Assembly: GCA_035524455.1 (NCBI GenBank)
Contig: DATKOU010000219.1
Coordinates: 1 to 40,912, forward strand
Source of the DNA: Thermodesulfovibrionales bacterium
GTDB lineage: Bacteria; Nitrospirota; Thermodesulfovibrionia; Thermodesulfovibrionales; UBA9159
Direction of reading: 5' to 3'
Length of the DNA: 40,912 nt
Shown in pieces: positions 24,916 to 34,253 of this stretch. How positions within the stretch are numbered: position 1 is the first letter of the stretch; each line of letters begins with the position of its first letter. Under the pieces are notes generated by a model. It worked only from the letters and a program-made list of their open reading frames with translations, was not told the DNA's origin and searched no databases. Both the position numbers and the translations under genes were made by a program.

Positions 24916-26130
24916 TCAGAACTTTTGATGGTATTCTTTTACCTTCTTTGCAAACTCTTTCCCGAAATCATAGCACTTTGTTTCGTCCTCCAATGAGGGC
25001 CTGTAAAGGACCTGCAGCCCGGGATCAAAGGTCTCAAGCCCCATCCTCTTAAACTCTTCGTATGCCTCCTTCACTGCACCGCCGCCCCATCCGTAACTCC
25101 CAAATGCCCCCATAATACGGTTCTTCGGCCTGAGACCCCTCAGATGGGTCAGGAATTCCGCCACAGTGGGATACATGATATTATTGAGCGTCGGTGTTCC
25201 CACAAGACACCCTCTGGATTTCCAAAATTCCTTAATGGCGATACTCATGGGCGTAGCTCTCAGCTTTATCACCTTGCACTCTACCCCCTCGTCCTTTATC
25301 CCCTGCATGATCGGCAATGCCATCTTCTCTGTACTGTGCCACATTGTGTCATAAATTATGGGGACAGAGAGATTCGCCTTGCCATTCGCCATGTCGAGGT
25401 ATGCCTGTAGTACCTTACCGGGATTGGTCCTCCAGATGATCCCGTGGTCAGGGGCGATCATCTCGATCTCCAGCCCCAGTTTCTGGATTTCCGCAATCTT
25501 TGTTTTCAGAACCTGACCAAAGGGCATGAGGATATTGGCATAGTAATCCACAATCGCGTCGTCCAGTTCTGACATGGATTCACAGGTCACAAACTCGTCA
25601 TCAAACCGTACGGAGGAGGCGATGTGCTGGCCGAATCCATCCTGACTGATGAGGATCTTTTCTTCTTTTATATACGTCATCATAGAATCAGGCCAATGGA
25701 GCATTGGCGTCTCGATGAAGAGGAGCGTTCGCTTCCCGATCGATAGCGTATCGCCTGTCTTCACCACCTTCACCTTCCATCGGGAAAGGTCATAAAAACG
25801 TTCAAGACCCTTTCTCCCTTTCTCCGTGATATAGATGGTTGCATTGGGGGCCAGCTCCATTATCCTGTCAATACTCGTTGCATGATCGTTTTCGATATGG
25901 TTGATCACCACGTTCCGTATCTTGGATGGGTCAATAACACTCGTTATGTTTTTTATCGTAATGTCCCAGAAGTCGTATTTGACGGTGTCCAGCAGGGTTA
26001 TTTCGTCATCAATGATGAGATAATTGTTGTAGGTTGTACCGCGAGGGGTCGCATATCCATGGAAATCCCTCACCGCCCAGTCTATGACACCAACCCAGTA
26101 GACACCATTCTTAAGCTCAACCGCCTTCAT
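24916..26130 (-). CDS. fprA: Flavodiiron protein (FprA / rubredoxin:oxygen oxidoreductase type)
   Basis: 404 aa. The metallo-beta-lactamase-like domain carries the diiron motif HIENDHATS. The C-terminal flavodoxin domain shows PIIYDTMWHSTEKMA. Confidence 0.9.
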   Translation of the reverse strand: MKAVELKNGVYWVGVIDWAVRDFHGYATPRGTTYNNYLIIDDEITLLDTVKYDFWDITIKNITSVIDPSKIRNVVINHIENDHATSIDRIMELAPNATIYITEKGRKGLERFYDLSRWKVKVVKTGDTLSIGKRTLLFIETPMLHWPDSMMTYIKEEKILISQDGFGQHIASSVRFDDEFVTCESMSELDDAIVDYYANILMPFGQVLKTKIAEIQKLGLEIEMIAPDHGIIWRTNPGKVLQAYLDMANGKANLSVPIIYDTMWHSTEKMALPIMQGIKDEGVECKVIKLRATPMSIAIKEFWKSRGCLVGTPTLNNIMYPTVAEFLTHLRGLRPKNRIMGAFGSYGWGGGAVKEAYEEFKRMGLETFDPGLQVLYRPSLEDETKCYDFGKEFAKKVKEYHQKF

Positions 26131-26214
26131 GCTTTCCCCTTTCTGCAGTAAAAAAATAGCTCGCTACGCCAACGTCTTGAACGACCGTCGGGAGGCGTTT
26201 GCTATGGGTCTCTC

Positions 26215-26631
26215 TCAGTCTTCCAACAATGTCGAGAATATATTGTGGTGTTCCTCTTCATCCGCAAGTATGGCTTCAAAGAGCTTTCTGGTCACCACAT
26301 CACCTTCTTTACCCGCGAGAGCAATTATTCCCTTATAAAGCTTTATTGCACCTTCTTCTGCCTTCTTATTTATCTTGAGCATCTCTTTTGCCGTCTTCCC
26401 TATCGCAATGGGTGTCGGTTTTGTGGTTGGCACTCCCCCAAGATAATCGAGCCGCTCTGCGATGGCCTCCGCATGCTTCATTTCCGTGATCGCGGTCGTC
26501 TTGAATACGCCGCCCACCGACTCGGCATTGATACCCCTGATCATCACATGCTGCCACATGTACTGGACACTTACCTGTATTTCCCTTGCGATTGCGTCGT
26601 TGAGCTTGTCCTTCAGTTCTTTGCTCGCCAT
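26215..26631 (-). CDS. Ferritin-like / bacterioferritin-family protein
   Basis: 138 aa with a four-helix-bundle diiron pattern (AREIQVSVQY, EMKHAEAIAERL, DEEEHH). Confidence 0.75.
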   Translation of the reverse strand: MASKELKDKLNDAIAREIQVSVQYMWQHVMIRGINAESVGGVFKTTAITEMKHAEAIAERLDYLGGVPTTKPTPIAIGKTAKEMLKINKKAEEGAIKLYKGIIALAGKEGDVVTRKLFEAILADEEEHHNIFSTLLED

Positions 26632-26897
26632 AAGTCTTCCTCCACACTCTTCATTGCGGGCCAGAAACCAGCCTTCTAAAAAAATGCATCGTAAAAAAGA
26701 CGATTCTTACCTATATTACTATATTTGCCGATTAACTTCTATCCAGATCAATGACAGAGAGGTTCAGTCTTATTACACCAGTCCACGGTTCATTTCTTTA
26801 ATGTCTCCTGAGCCCCTTTCTTTCCCTCTTCCCAATTTCAGGGATATTCCCGAAGGCATTGTTTCACCTCCCACAAAAAGTTTTGTCCTGTAAATCT

Positions 26898-27908
26898 CTA
26901 CCCAAATCTCCTCACCGCATCGAGGACCTTATGCCTCACCCTTTCAGCAAAGAGTACCTCTGCGTGGTTGACATTAAGGGTATGGTGTTCATCAGCCGAC
27001 GGGATCCGGGAACTCTCCACAGACACAAGACCATCACCCTTGCCCTTTTTCATCTCATCAGGGAACAGCCTTTCCGGGATGAATCTTTCAAAGGCATCAG
27101 GAACTGAAAAAACTGTTTGTGGCCTCACCACCCATCGTTCCCGATCCCTGACATGTGTCCGTTCCATTATCCTTTTATACACAGAGAAAAGCGTCGGATT
27201 GCTCCCTCCAAATGAGAGATAATATACCCCTTGCAAAGGACCTTCATCACAAGATCTAAAGAGGGGCGAGTCCGGCAATAGTTCCCTTACTGCTTTGCTT
27301 TTGAGGAAATCAAATACCCTCTTCACCGCATAGGTGAACGTTCCTTTTTCGGAATCGGATATCAGGGAATCGATAACGGTTATCAGGGGCGCAACATGTT
27401 TCACCCAAAGGGCCATGTTGCTCCCCCTGTGGGGGGTGGCAAGGGTAACAATGCCTCTTATCCCTTTCGCATCACCTTTTAAATAGTTTCTGGCCACCAA
27501 CCCTCCCCGGCTGTGGCCTATAAGGATTATTCCAGATCTGCAGTGTTCATGATGCATGCTCACCACTTCCCTAAGCTCTGACACCGCAACGGCGATCTCC
27601 GCAGCAGGCCTCTGCTGGCTCCAGGCTATGACTGTATACCCCTGTTCCCGGAAATCATGGAATAGAGTGGCGAGATGTTTTGGCGGCTTGCCAAAAAAAA
27701 GTCGCTTTGTAATTCCTCTGTGAGTGTCCGTTTTCAGTATCTCCGGTGCTGGCTTTGTGCTCACAAGGAAATGAATGGGAAACTTTCCGCCCAGAATCCT
27801 CGACGTATCCGGTGACTCCCAAATTCTCTTATCCATTCCCAGGCCGTGGATAAAAATCACTGCGGGCTTATCCGCATCTCCCCTGATCAGGGTGGTGTCC
27901 AGCTTCAT
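26898..27908 (-). CDS. Alpha/beta hydrolase (lipase/esterase-like)
   Basis: ORF track 26898..28115. The preferred ATG is 27908 (MKLDTTLIRGDADKPAVIFIHGLG), because the longer form would overlap the plus-strand dsrH-like gene. The nucleophile elbow is GHSRGG. Confidence 0.75.
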   Translation of the reverse strand: MKLDTTLIRGDADKPAVIFIHGLGMDKRIWESPDTSRILGGKFPIHFLVSTKPAPEILKTDTHRGITKRLFFGKPPKHLATLFHDFREQGYTVIAWSQQRPAAEIAVAVSELREVVSMHHEHCRSGIILIGHSRGGLVARNYLKGDAKGIRGIVTLATPHRGSNMALWVKHVAPLITVIDSLISDSEKGTFTYAVKRVFDFLKSKAVRELLPDSPLFRSCDEGPLQGVYYLSFGGSNPTLFSVYKRIMERTHVRDRERWVVRPQTVFSVPDAFERFIPERLFPDEMKKGKGDGLVSVESSRIPSADEHHTLNVNHAEVLFAERVRHKVLDAVRRFG

Positions 27909-27954
27909 AGGCTTAGTTATAACAAAAGCTAATGAATTTATAAAGGATTTTTTA

Positions 27955-27983
27955 TTTACAATTTCCTTCCCCAAGTGATATAA
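27955..27983 (+). promoter_or_regulatory. Candidate sigma-70 promoter of the dsrH-E-F-like/tusA operon
   Basis: TTTACA-(17 nt)-ATATAA lies ~40 nt upstream of the ATG at 28021, which itself follows AGGAGG. Confidence 0.3.
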
Positions 27984-28020
27984 AATGAAACTCCCAAAAA
28001 TTTTCCCAGGAGGTTTTTCT

Positions 28021-28317
28021 ATGAAATTAGGTGTGCTTGTGAGCGACTTCAGGAATATGGACGACACATTATCACGATTAAAGGCGGATAAGCTCGGTGT
28101 TATCCTCGTTAGCAATGGAGTATATCATGCAGCTGCAAAGGAGGGTGGCAAGAAATCTTGGGTTCTCGAAAAATCTCCCCATCTCTATGTGCTCTCTGAA
28201 GACCTGCAGTCAAGGGGATTTTCTGAGGCAGAGATTGACACCAGAGTGAAATCCATAACATACAGCGATCTCGTTGACTTGATATTCAACGAATACGAAA
28301 AAATTATTTGGATATAG
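28021..28317 (+). CDS. dsrH: DsrH/TusB-like sulfur-relay protein
   Basis: ORF track 27985..28317, with ATG 28021 after AGGAGG. The 98 aa resemble E. coli TusB in length and in YVLSEDLQSRGF (TusB has YALNEDLIARGL). It contains no cysteine. Confidence 0.6.
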   Translation: MKLGVLVSDFRNMDDTLSRLKADKLGVILVSNGVYHAAAKEGGKKSWVLEKSPHLYVLSEDLQSRGFSEAEIDTRVKSITYSDLVDLIFNEYEKIIWI

Positions 28318-28325
28318 GAGGTATC

Positions 28326-28688
28326 ATGGCCAAATTAACCATCGGAGTTTTTTCATCACTTGTCGGTTCTCTCTCCCTCGATTTCGCAGTAAAGCTCTCG
28401 GAAGCTGCGGTCAAGAAGGGGCACTCGGTAGATTTCTGGTTATCAGGGAACGCAACTATGCTTTCCTTAAAAGGCCAGCGGACTTTTAAGGATTATTCTG
28501 CACTCCAGAAGCCCGTTCAGGAGCTTTTAGCGACCGGAAAGTTTCAGATAACCGCATGTGAGGCGTGCGCCGAGGCGAGAGGGTACCACAAGGAGGATAC
28601 CATGGAGGGGTGCAAGCGCCAAAGCATGGACTGGTACCTCGCAAGCTCCTTCAGTGCAGACAGGGTTGTTCATATAGGAGGTGATTAA
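28326..28688 (+). CDS. dsrE: DsrE/TusD-like sulfur-relay protein
   Basis: ATG 28326 follows TAGGAGG. In the 120 aa, ITACEACAEARG aligns with the TusD active-site region NICVAAALRRG. The C-terminal DRVVHIGGD resembles TusD CDRVVQF. Confidence 0.6.
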   Translation: MAKLTIGVFSSLVGSLSLDFAVKLSEAAVKKGHSVDFWLSGNATMLSLKGQRTFKDYSALQKPVQELLATGKFQITACEACAEARGYHKEDTMEGCKRQSMDWYLASSFSADRVVHIGGD

Positions 28689-28689
28689 T

Positions 28690-29103
28690 ATGGCAACAAA
28701 AAAACTTGCATTCATTGTGAAAAGTCTCCCTTATAAAACCGAGGCGTCGAGGCTCGCATTAACACATGCCATTGCGAGCCAGACTGTGGAGATTTACCTG
28801 GAGGACGGTGACATGGTGGAGCCTGTTCTCGCATTCATGGGTGACGGCGTGTTAAACTGTCTTAAGAATCAAAAGGCAATGACTCTTTATGGAGTCACGA
28901 GTCTCGAACAACATATAAAAAATTCATTGCTCCTTGACTTGAAGGTGATGATCTGTAAAGAAGATGTGGAGAGGTTTGGCCTGTCCGAAGATGCATTGAT
29001 CATGGATGCCGAAGATATCGGGGGAGAGACCAACGCCAACATCGCGCCATTCAACGAGATTATGAAGGAGATGGACTCTTCAGACCATCTCCTATTCTTT
29101 TAA
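28690..29103 (+). CDS. dsrF: DsrF/TusC-like sulfur-relay protein
   Basis: ATG 28690 follows TAGGAGGTGA. In the 137 aa, VMICKEDVERFGL aligns with TusC WVCAASLRERGL. The C-terminal DHLLFF resembles TusC DVILRF. Confidence 0.55.
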   Translation: MATKKLAFIVKSLPYKTEASRLALTHAIASQTVEIYLEDGDMVEPVLAFMGDGVLNCLKNQKAMTLYGVTSLEQHIKNSLLLDLKVMICKEDVERFGLSEDALIMDAEDIGGETNANIAPFNEIMKEMDSSDHLLFF

Positions 29104-29112
29104 GGAGGAACT

Positions 29113-29358
29113 ATGGGAGAACTGAGCAGTGCAACACCGGCACAAACACTTGATGTCCTTGGAAGGGTATGTCCGTACCCCCTGGTTTTGACAAAGAAGG
29201 CCATGGAGAAATTACCGAGCGGAGCCGTCATTAAGGTGTTATGTGATGCACCTGCGTCGGCTGAGGACTCTATTCCAAGGTATGCGGAGAAACAGGGGTT
29301 CAAGTTCGAGTCGGTGAAGAATGAGGGCTACTGGGAGCTGTACATACAGAAAAAGTAA
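29113..29358 (+). CDS. tusA: TusA-family sulfurtransferase
   Basis: 81 aa with LDVLGRVCPYPLVLTKKAMEKL carrying the CPxP active-site motif. The RBS is AGGAGGAAC. Confidence 0.85.
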   Translation: MGELSSATPAQTLDVLGRVCPYPLVLTKKAMEKLPSGAVIKVLCDAPASAEDSIPRYAEKQGFKFESVKNEGYWELYIQKK

Positions 29359-29406
29359 AAAGTCCCCGGAGATTTCCTCCCGGCAACTTTCATCTTTCTG
29401 CAAATG

Positions 29407-29442
29407 ACGAAGGGGGATGCCGTTTAAGGCATCCCTCTTCGT
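29407..29442. terminator. Bidirectional hairpin terminator between the convergent tusA and ferredoxin genes
   Basis: The stem ACGAAGGGGGATGCC pairs with GGCATCCCTCTTCGT (one mismatch) around the loop GTTTAA. A T-rich tract follows on the plus strand. Confidence 0.55.
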
Positions 29443-29467
29443 GTTGTTTCTGCGATCGTTACTGATC

Positions 29468-29653
29468 CTACATCTCTTTGATCGTTATTGCATTGGCAGG
29501 ACAGACGCCGAGACAGCTCTCGCAAAACACGCACTCAGCGGTCTGATAAGGATCTGATTTGCCATCGCTCATCTGAAATACACCCTGAGGGCAGACATTC
29601 ACGCACTCCTCGCAGCCTTCGCATGTTGCTGCGTTTACCGTCACCATATACAC
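29468..29653 (-). CDS. 2x[4Fe-4S] ferredoxin
   Basis: 61 aa with two clusters, CEGCEECVNVCP and CVFCESCLGVCP. Confidence 0.85.
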   Translation of the reverse strand: MYMVTVNAATCEGCEECVNVCPQGVFQMSDGKSDPYQTAECVFCESCLGVCPANAITIKEM

Positions 29654-29753
29654 TTCAAAATCACCTCCTGATCGTTATACCCGCTCAAAACGGACTTGAT
29701 AGTCTAAATGAAATCTAAACGCCAAATCAATGAAATTCTGGGAGGAAGAACTC

Positions 29754-30227
29754 TTACTTCTTCTGCCTGAGAGGATTGATCGCGAGCACCGGGGCAGGAG
29801 AGTTTCTTGTCACCTTTTCACTCACACTCCCAAAGGGGAAATGTTTCATTTCCCCACCCCTCTCCTCGCCATGACCATGGGTGGCCATGACCACCAAATC
29901 AACTTTCTCTTCATTGATAAACTTCAGGATCTCTTTGGCAGGGTCGCCTACAACGATATGCTTTTTATAGAGCGGGCAACTCGCGAGACTTTCCTGGCAG
30001 ATCTTCTCCATCTGCTGCCCACCCTTCTGAATTATTTTCTCCTGAAATTCCTTAAGAAAGGTGGGGCTGGCATCACCATAGAAATGGTCGTACTGATGCA
30101 CATCTTCCACCACAAAAATGAGATGCACCTCAGCCTGGTACTTTTCGCTCAATGAACTCACATAAGGCAATGCCTGAGCTGCGTTCCTGGAAAAGTCTGT
30201 TGGCCAGAGAATCTTTCTTATTTCCAT
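29754..30227 (-). CDS. Universal stress protein (UspA family)
   Basis: 157 aa with ILWPTDFS at the N-terminus and DLVVMATHGHG...GSVSEKVTRNSPAPVL at the C-terminus. It starts 22 nt after the dsrP stop. Confidence 0.8.
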   Translation of the reverse strand: MEIRKILWPTDFSRNAAQALPYVSSLSEKYQAEVHLIFVVEDVHQYDHFYGDASPTFLKEFQEKIIQKGGQQMEKICQESLASCPLYKKHIVVGDPAKEILKFINEEKVDLVVMATHGHGEERGGEMKHFPFGSVSEKVTRNSPAPVLAINPLRQKK

Positions 30228-30248
30228 GATAGTCCCTTCTTTGTGCGA

Positions 30249-31430
30249 TTAGTGTTCTATTTCTATCCCCTCGGTCTCTTCCCTTACCGAGATCGCAATC
30301 TTGTAAAGCAAAGTAAGGACAAGAAACCCTAAGGCCCATACCCCAAGGGCAATGGATGTCTCACGGAGTGTGGGCCAATATTCCGTCACCCCTTCGAAGG
30401 GGTTCGGGATAAATCCGCCCACCACGAGACCAAATCCCTTGTCTATCCAGAGGGAAATAAACAATGCACCGCAGGCAAATGCCAAAATCCGTTCGGACCG
30501 ACGCCATTGGGGAACGACCAGGAGAAGAAGGGATACCACCGCAAGGATGGTCGAAATCCACATCAGGGGTACAAGCTTTCCATGTCCCTCAAGGCCGGTG
30601 TAAAGGTATTTGAATGGATGCGTATGCCCAGGAATTTGGCTATAAAATGCGGTAAAGAATTCCAGTCCAAGGAAAAATACATTCGCGATCATCGCATAGG
30701 TGACAATCTTACCTACTGCCTGGATGGGCTCTTTGCCTGGATCGAATTTGGTAAATTTTCTCACGATGAGCGCCAGCATAATGAGGAGTGCCGGGCCACC
30801 CGCAAATGCTGAAGCGAGGAACCGTGCCGCCATTATTGCGGAGAGCCAAAAATGTCTTCCAGGGAGACCCGCATAGAGGAACGCCGTAACCGTATGAATA
30901 CTGAACGCCCAGGGGATGGAGAGATAAATCAGAGACTTTATCCATGAAGGGGGCTTCACTCCTTTGCGGTCTGAACTCAAGGTGACCCATCCGATCACGA
31001 TATTGAGGAAAAGATATCCACTCAGCACAACCATATCCCAGAACAGGATAGAGTTTGGGGTTGGGTGGAGTATCACATTTAATACCCTCATAGGCTGGCC
31101 AAGATCCACAAAGATAAATGAAATACACATCGTAACTGAAGCGACCGCCAGGAACTCTCCCAGGATAACAATCTTCCCAAATTTCTTAAAGTCATGGAGA
31201 TAGTAGGGTATGACGAGCATCACCGCGGAAGCAGCGACACCTACAAGGAAGGTGAACTGTCCTATATAGAGGCCCCAGGAGACGTCTCTGCTCATCCCTG
31301 TTATTCCCAGTCCATTCTTGAACTGATAGAGGTAGTTAATGAAACCGATTCCCACAATTGCGGACAAAAAGAATAGCCATGTCCAGTATCTTCGACTTCC
31401 TACAAGTGCCTTCTCAAGCATTTTTCGCAC
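30249..31430 (-). CDS. dsrP: DsrP (NrfD/PsrC-family integral membrane quinone-interacting subunit)
   Basis: 393 aa with ~10 TM helices. It is the last gene of a cluster in M-K-J-O-P order and overlaps the dsrO stop. Confidence 0.85.
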   Translation of the reverse strand: MRKMLEKALVGSRRYWTWLFFLSAIVGIGFINYLYQFKNGLGITGMSRDVSWGLYIGQFTFLVGVAASAVMLVIPYYLHDFKKFGKIVILGEFLAVASVTMCISFIFVDLGQPMRVLNVILHPTPNSILFWDMVVLSGYLFLNIVIGWVTLSSDRKGVKPPSWIKSLIYLSIPWAFSIHTVTAFLYAGLPGRHFWLSAIMAARFLASAFAGGPALLIMLALIVRKFTKFDPGKEPIQAVGKIVTYAMIANVFFLGLEFFTAFYSQIPGHTHPFKYLYTGLEGHGKLVPLMWISTILAVVSLLLLVVPQWRRSERILAFACGALFISLWIDKGFGLVVGGFIPNPFEGVTEYWPTLRETSIALGVWALGFLVLTLLYKIAISVREETEGIEIEH

Positions 31431-32238
31431 CTCCTATGATGTAGAAAACACTGGGCTGAGTCCCGAGTTCAGGCTTGCGCCTGATGGAATACCTGGTACT
31501 GAGAACCTTCCTTACCTCGGAAGAGGGGTCTTCAAGGTCGCCAAAGAACATCCCTGGCTCCTTCCCCGCTTCCTTTGCTGCCTTTTGGGATTCCTCCACA
31601 CATGCCGGGATAAGCCCTTTGGAAAGTCTCTCGAAGCAGAAGGTGCACTTTTCCACAACACCTATTGTCCTTGTGGGATATTCCTTGTTCTCCTCCTTGA
31701 GAGACGGCCTGGGATCTTTGTAATTGAAACTCCTCGCCCCAAAGGGACAGGCCGCCATACAGAACCGGCATCCGATACAGCGATGCTGATCCATCATCAC
31801 AATACCGTCCTTCCTTTTGAACGTCGCCTTGGTGGGGCAGACCCTCACGCAAGGAGGGTTTTCGCAGTGATTGCAGAGAAGGATAAAAGGTTTATGTTTT
31901 ACCTCTTCAGGTACATATTCATTTTCCTGGCCCGGGAAGGTGTGGTCATAGGTGTCGGTCCATATCCATTTGATCGAGTCCTTGGGATTATCAAGATTGG
32001 GAACATTATGGATGCTGTGACAGGCGTGAATGACTCTCCTGTAATCTTCCTCTGTTTCAAACTTGCTCATGTCGATCACCATGGCCCAGTGTTTCCCGGT
32101 CAGGGCCTTCTCGTCAGTCAACACATGGGAGGCCTCAAGACGGTCATTCCTGAGCCAGTTGATAACCGGCGCGCCTCCCACTCCAAGGATGGTCGAAATT
32201 CCCGCTATCTTAAGGAATTGTCTTCTGTCAATACTCAT
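31414..32238 (-). CDS. dsrO: DsrO (periplasmic ferredoxin-like FeS subunit with Tat signal)
   Basis: ORF track 31414..32307. ATG 32238 (MSIDRRQFLKIAGISTILG) carries a twin-arginine motif. The clusters are CNHCENPPCVRVCP, CIGCRFCMAACP and CTFCFERL. Its start overlaps the dsrJ stop (ATGA). Confidence 0.85.
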   Translation of the reverse strand: MSIDRRQFLKIAGISTILGVGGAPVINWLRNDRLEASHVLTDEKALTGKHWAMVIDMSKFETEEDYRRVIHACHSIHNVPNLDNPKDSIKWIWTDTYDHTFPGQENEYVPEEVKHKPFILLCNHCENPPCVRVCPTKATFKRKDGIVMMDQHRCIGCRFCMAACPFGARSFNYKDPRPSLKEENKEYPTRTIGVVEKCTFCFERLSKGLIPACVEESQKAAKEAGKEPGMFFGDLEDPSSEVRKVLSTRYSIRRKPELGTQPSVFYIIGGAKNA

Positions 32239-32639
32239 GTCTCTTTCTCCTTTGGCGCGATATGGCAGTTCCAGCAATAGGGATTCACCGCCATATAGGT
32301 GTGGCATTCATCGCAGAACTTTTTCTTGTTTGAATGGCAGTGCATGCAGGTATTCTGGAGACTAATGGTGTATGCCTTCCCTTCGGTATTCACATATAGC
32401 CTTGCGCCATCCCGTACCGCAGAGTCTCTCCAGTCATTCAGCAACTTCATGTGCTCGGCCCTCATGAACTCCTTGGACTCCACGCACTTCTTTTCCTTCA
32501 GTTCCTTGATGGCAGGGGTATCGATCTTCGGATCAGGTCTCACATTTGCTTTCCCGATATTATAGAAAAAGGGGAATGTCACAAGACCGAGAAAGATGAT
32601 AAGTCCGGTGATTATTTTGCCGCCGTTATACAGTTTCAT
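32235..32639 (-). CDS. dsrJ: DsrJ (membrane-anchored triheme cytochrome c)
   Basis: ORF track 32235..32702. ATG 32639 (MKLYNGGKIITGLIIFLGLV) follows GGAAGGAGGGAA. There are three heme c motifs: CMHCH, CDECH and CWNCH. Confidence 0.85.
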   Translation of the reverse strand: MKLYNGGKIITGLIIFLGLVTFPFFYNIGKANVRPDPKIDTPAIKELKEKKCVESKEFMRAEHMKLLNDWRDSAVRDGARLYVNTEGKAYTISLQNTCMHCHSNKKKFCDECHTYMAVNPYCWNCHIAPKEKET

Positions 32640-34251
32640 CGGCCGTTCCCTCCTTCCCGGGAAGAGGCTCAAGTCGGATATCAACAGTCCTCTCCTTCTC
32701 ACCCTTCATCACAAGGGCATTGCCCACCAGTTCGTGAACACCCGTCACTCCTACTCCGGGGACCCAGTAATCAATGGAGGTGGTGAGTGTAGCCCTGTCA
32801 ATGGCACACACATTGGCAACCATATTCACCCCATAATGCTCGTGGACATATTTCACCGCATTTGCCCTCGGGAACCCCCCTCTTAACCTCAGTTCCATGT
32901 TTTCCGAAGCATTCAAGCCGGTACCGCTTCCGCAGCAGAAGGTCTTTTCCCTTATGGTATCTTCCGGCATTTCATAGAAATGGTTGCAGACATTCTTGAC
33001 AATATATCGAGGCTCTTCCAGCAGTCCCATCCCCCTGGCTGTGTTACAGGAGTCATGGAACGTCACCTTAAGGTGGTCATTCCGGTTGGGATCCAGCTTC
33101 AGTTTTCCGTTCTTGATAAGGTCAGCAGTAAATTCCGCGATGTGAACCATCTTCGCGGCCTTTGCGTTTTCGAATTTCGTGCCGGTTATGGGAGAGACCG
33201 GTTCTTCCAGAAAATCTGCAGGCCCGTTCCAGCTGTCCATGTACTGATGGATAACTCTCCACATATGGCCGCATTCTCCACCGAGAATCCATTTTACTCC
33301 CAGCCTCTTGGCCTCGGCATATATTTTGTAGTTCAGTCTCTTTGCCATCTCATTCGTGGTAAAGAAGCCGAAGTTCCCCCCTTCTGAGGCATAGGTGCTC
33401 CAGGTATAGTCAAGTCCAAGCTCATGGAAGAGCATGAGATAGCCCATAGCAGTGTAGGTGCCGGGATTTGCGAAAAGGTCTCCTGAAGGAGTCACAAAGA
33501 GAATCTCCGCCCCTTTCCTGTTAAAGGTGGGGTTTATCTTGATCCCTGTAATGGTCTCGATATCGTCAAGGAAGAATTCAATGCTGGAAGTAATGGTATG
33601 GGGCTCGAGACCGAGGTGGTTTCCCTTCATGTAACAGGCTGCTATGGGTCCTGCGATCCACCCGATATTCAACCCCAGGAGGTTGGTGAGCTCCCTGCCC
33701 ATCATCGTGATCTCCGCCTGGTCAATGCCGTACGGACAGAACACTGAGCAGCGGCGGCACTCAGTACACTGATAAAAATAGTACCACCATTCCTTCAGCA
33801 CGTTTACCGTGAGGTCCCGTGCCCCTGCAATCTTACGCAGGATCTTGCCGGCAGCAGTAAAATTCCTCCTGTATACAGACCTGAGGAGCTCAGCCCTGAG
33901 CACAGGCATATTCTTGGGGTCTCCGCTCCCGATAAAGAAATGGCACTTGTCAGCACACGCACCACATCTCACACAGATGTCCATAAAGACCTTAAACGAA
34001 CGGTACTTATCCAGGAGGTCTTTCATTTTCTCCAGGAGCAGCCTCTCCCAGTTTTCCGGGAGCTTCCAGTCCTCATCAGCAGGCCTCCATTCCCTTGCAT
34101 TGGGGAAGCCCACTATTTCCAGCTCCTTGGGTTTTGCAGCGTGGCAGAACATGTGCTCCCTGATCTCCACCGGGGTGTCCATCCACCCGGTTTTCGGAGG
34201 GGAATAATCTAAATTTGATAGTTCATTGGGTTTTGCGGTAAACTTTGCCAT
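32626..34251 (-). CDS. dsrK: DsrK (HdrD-like catalytic FeS subunit)
   Basis: 541 aa with CVRCGACADKC and CTECRRCSVFC clusters, and CCG signatures HDSCN and FCCGSGTGL. Confidence 0.9.
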   Translation of the reverse strand: MAKFTAKPNELSNLDYSPPKTGWMDTPVEIREHMFCHAAKPKELEIVGFPNAREWRPADEDWKLPENWERLLLEKMKDLLDKYRSFKVFMDICVRCGACADKCHFFIGSGDPKNMPVLRAELLRSVYRRNFTAAGKILRKIAGARDLTVNVLKEWWYYFYQCTECRRCSVFCPYGIDQAEITMMGRELTNLLGLNIGWIAGPIAACYMKGNHLGLEPHTITSSIEFFLDDIETITGIKINPTFNRKGAEILFVTPSGDLFANPGTYTAMGYLMLFHELGLDYTWSTYASEGGNFGFFTTNEMAKRLNYKIYAEAKRLGVKWILGGECGHMWRVIHQYMDSWNGPADFLEEPVSPITGTKFENAKAAKMVHIAEFTADLIKNGKLKLDPNRNDHLKVTFHDSCNTARGMGLLEEPRYIVKNVCNHFYEMPEDTIREKTFCCGSGTGLNASENMELRLRGGFPRANAVKYVHEHYGVNMVANVCAIDRATLTTSIDYWVPGVGVTGVHELVGNALVMKGEKERTVDIRLEPLPGKEGTADETV

Positions 34252-34253
34252 AA

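Noticed and set aside
26711-26726. Tandem heptamer CTATATTACTATATTT upstream of the ferritin-like gene, considered as a PerR/Fur box
   Set aside because: It is not palindromic and does not match the Fur or PerR consensus I know. It is more likely just the AT-rich -10 region.
31339-32280. 313-aa plus-strand ORF across dsrO/dsrP
   Set aside because: It lies antisense to genes with unmistakable FeS, Tat and NrfD signatures and is a shadow ORF.
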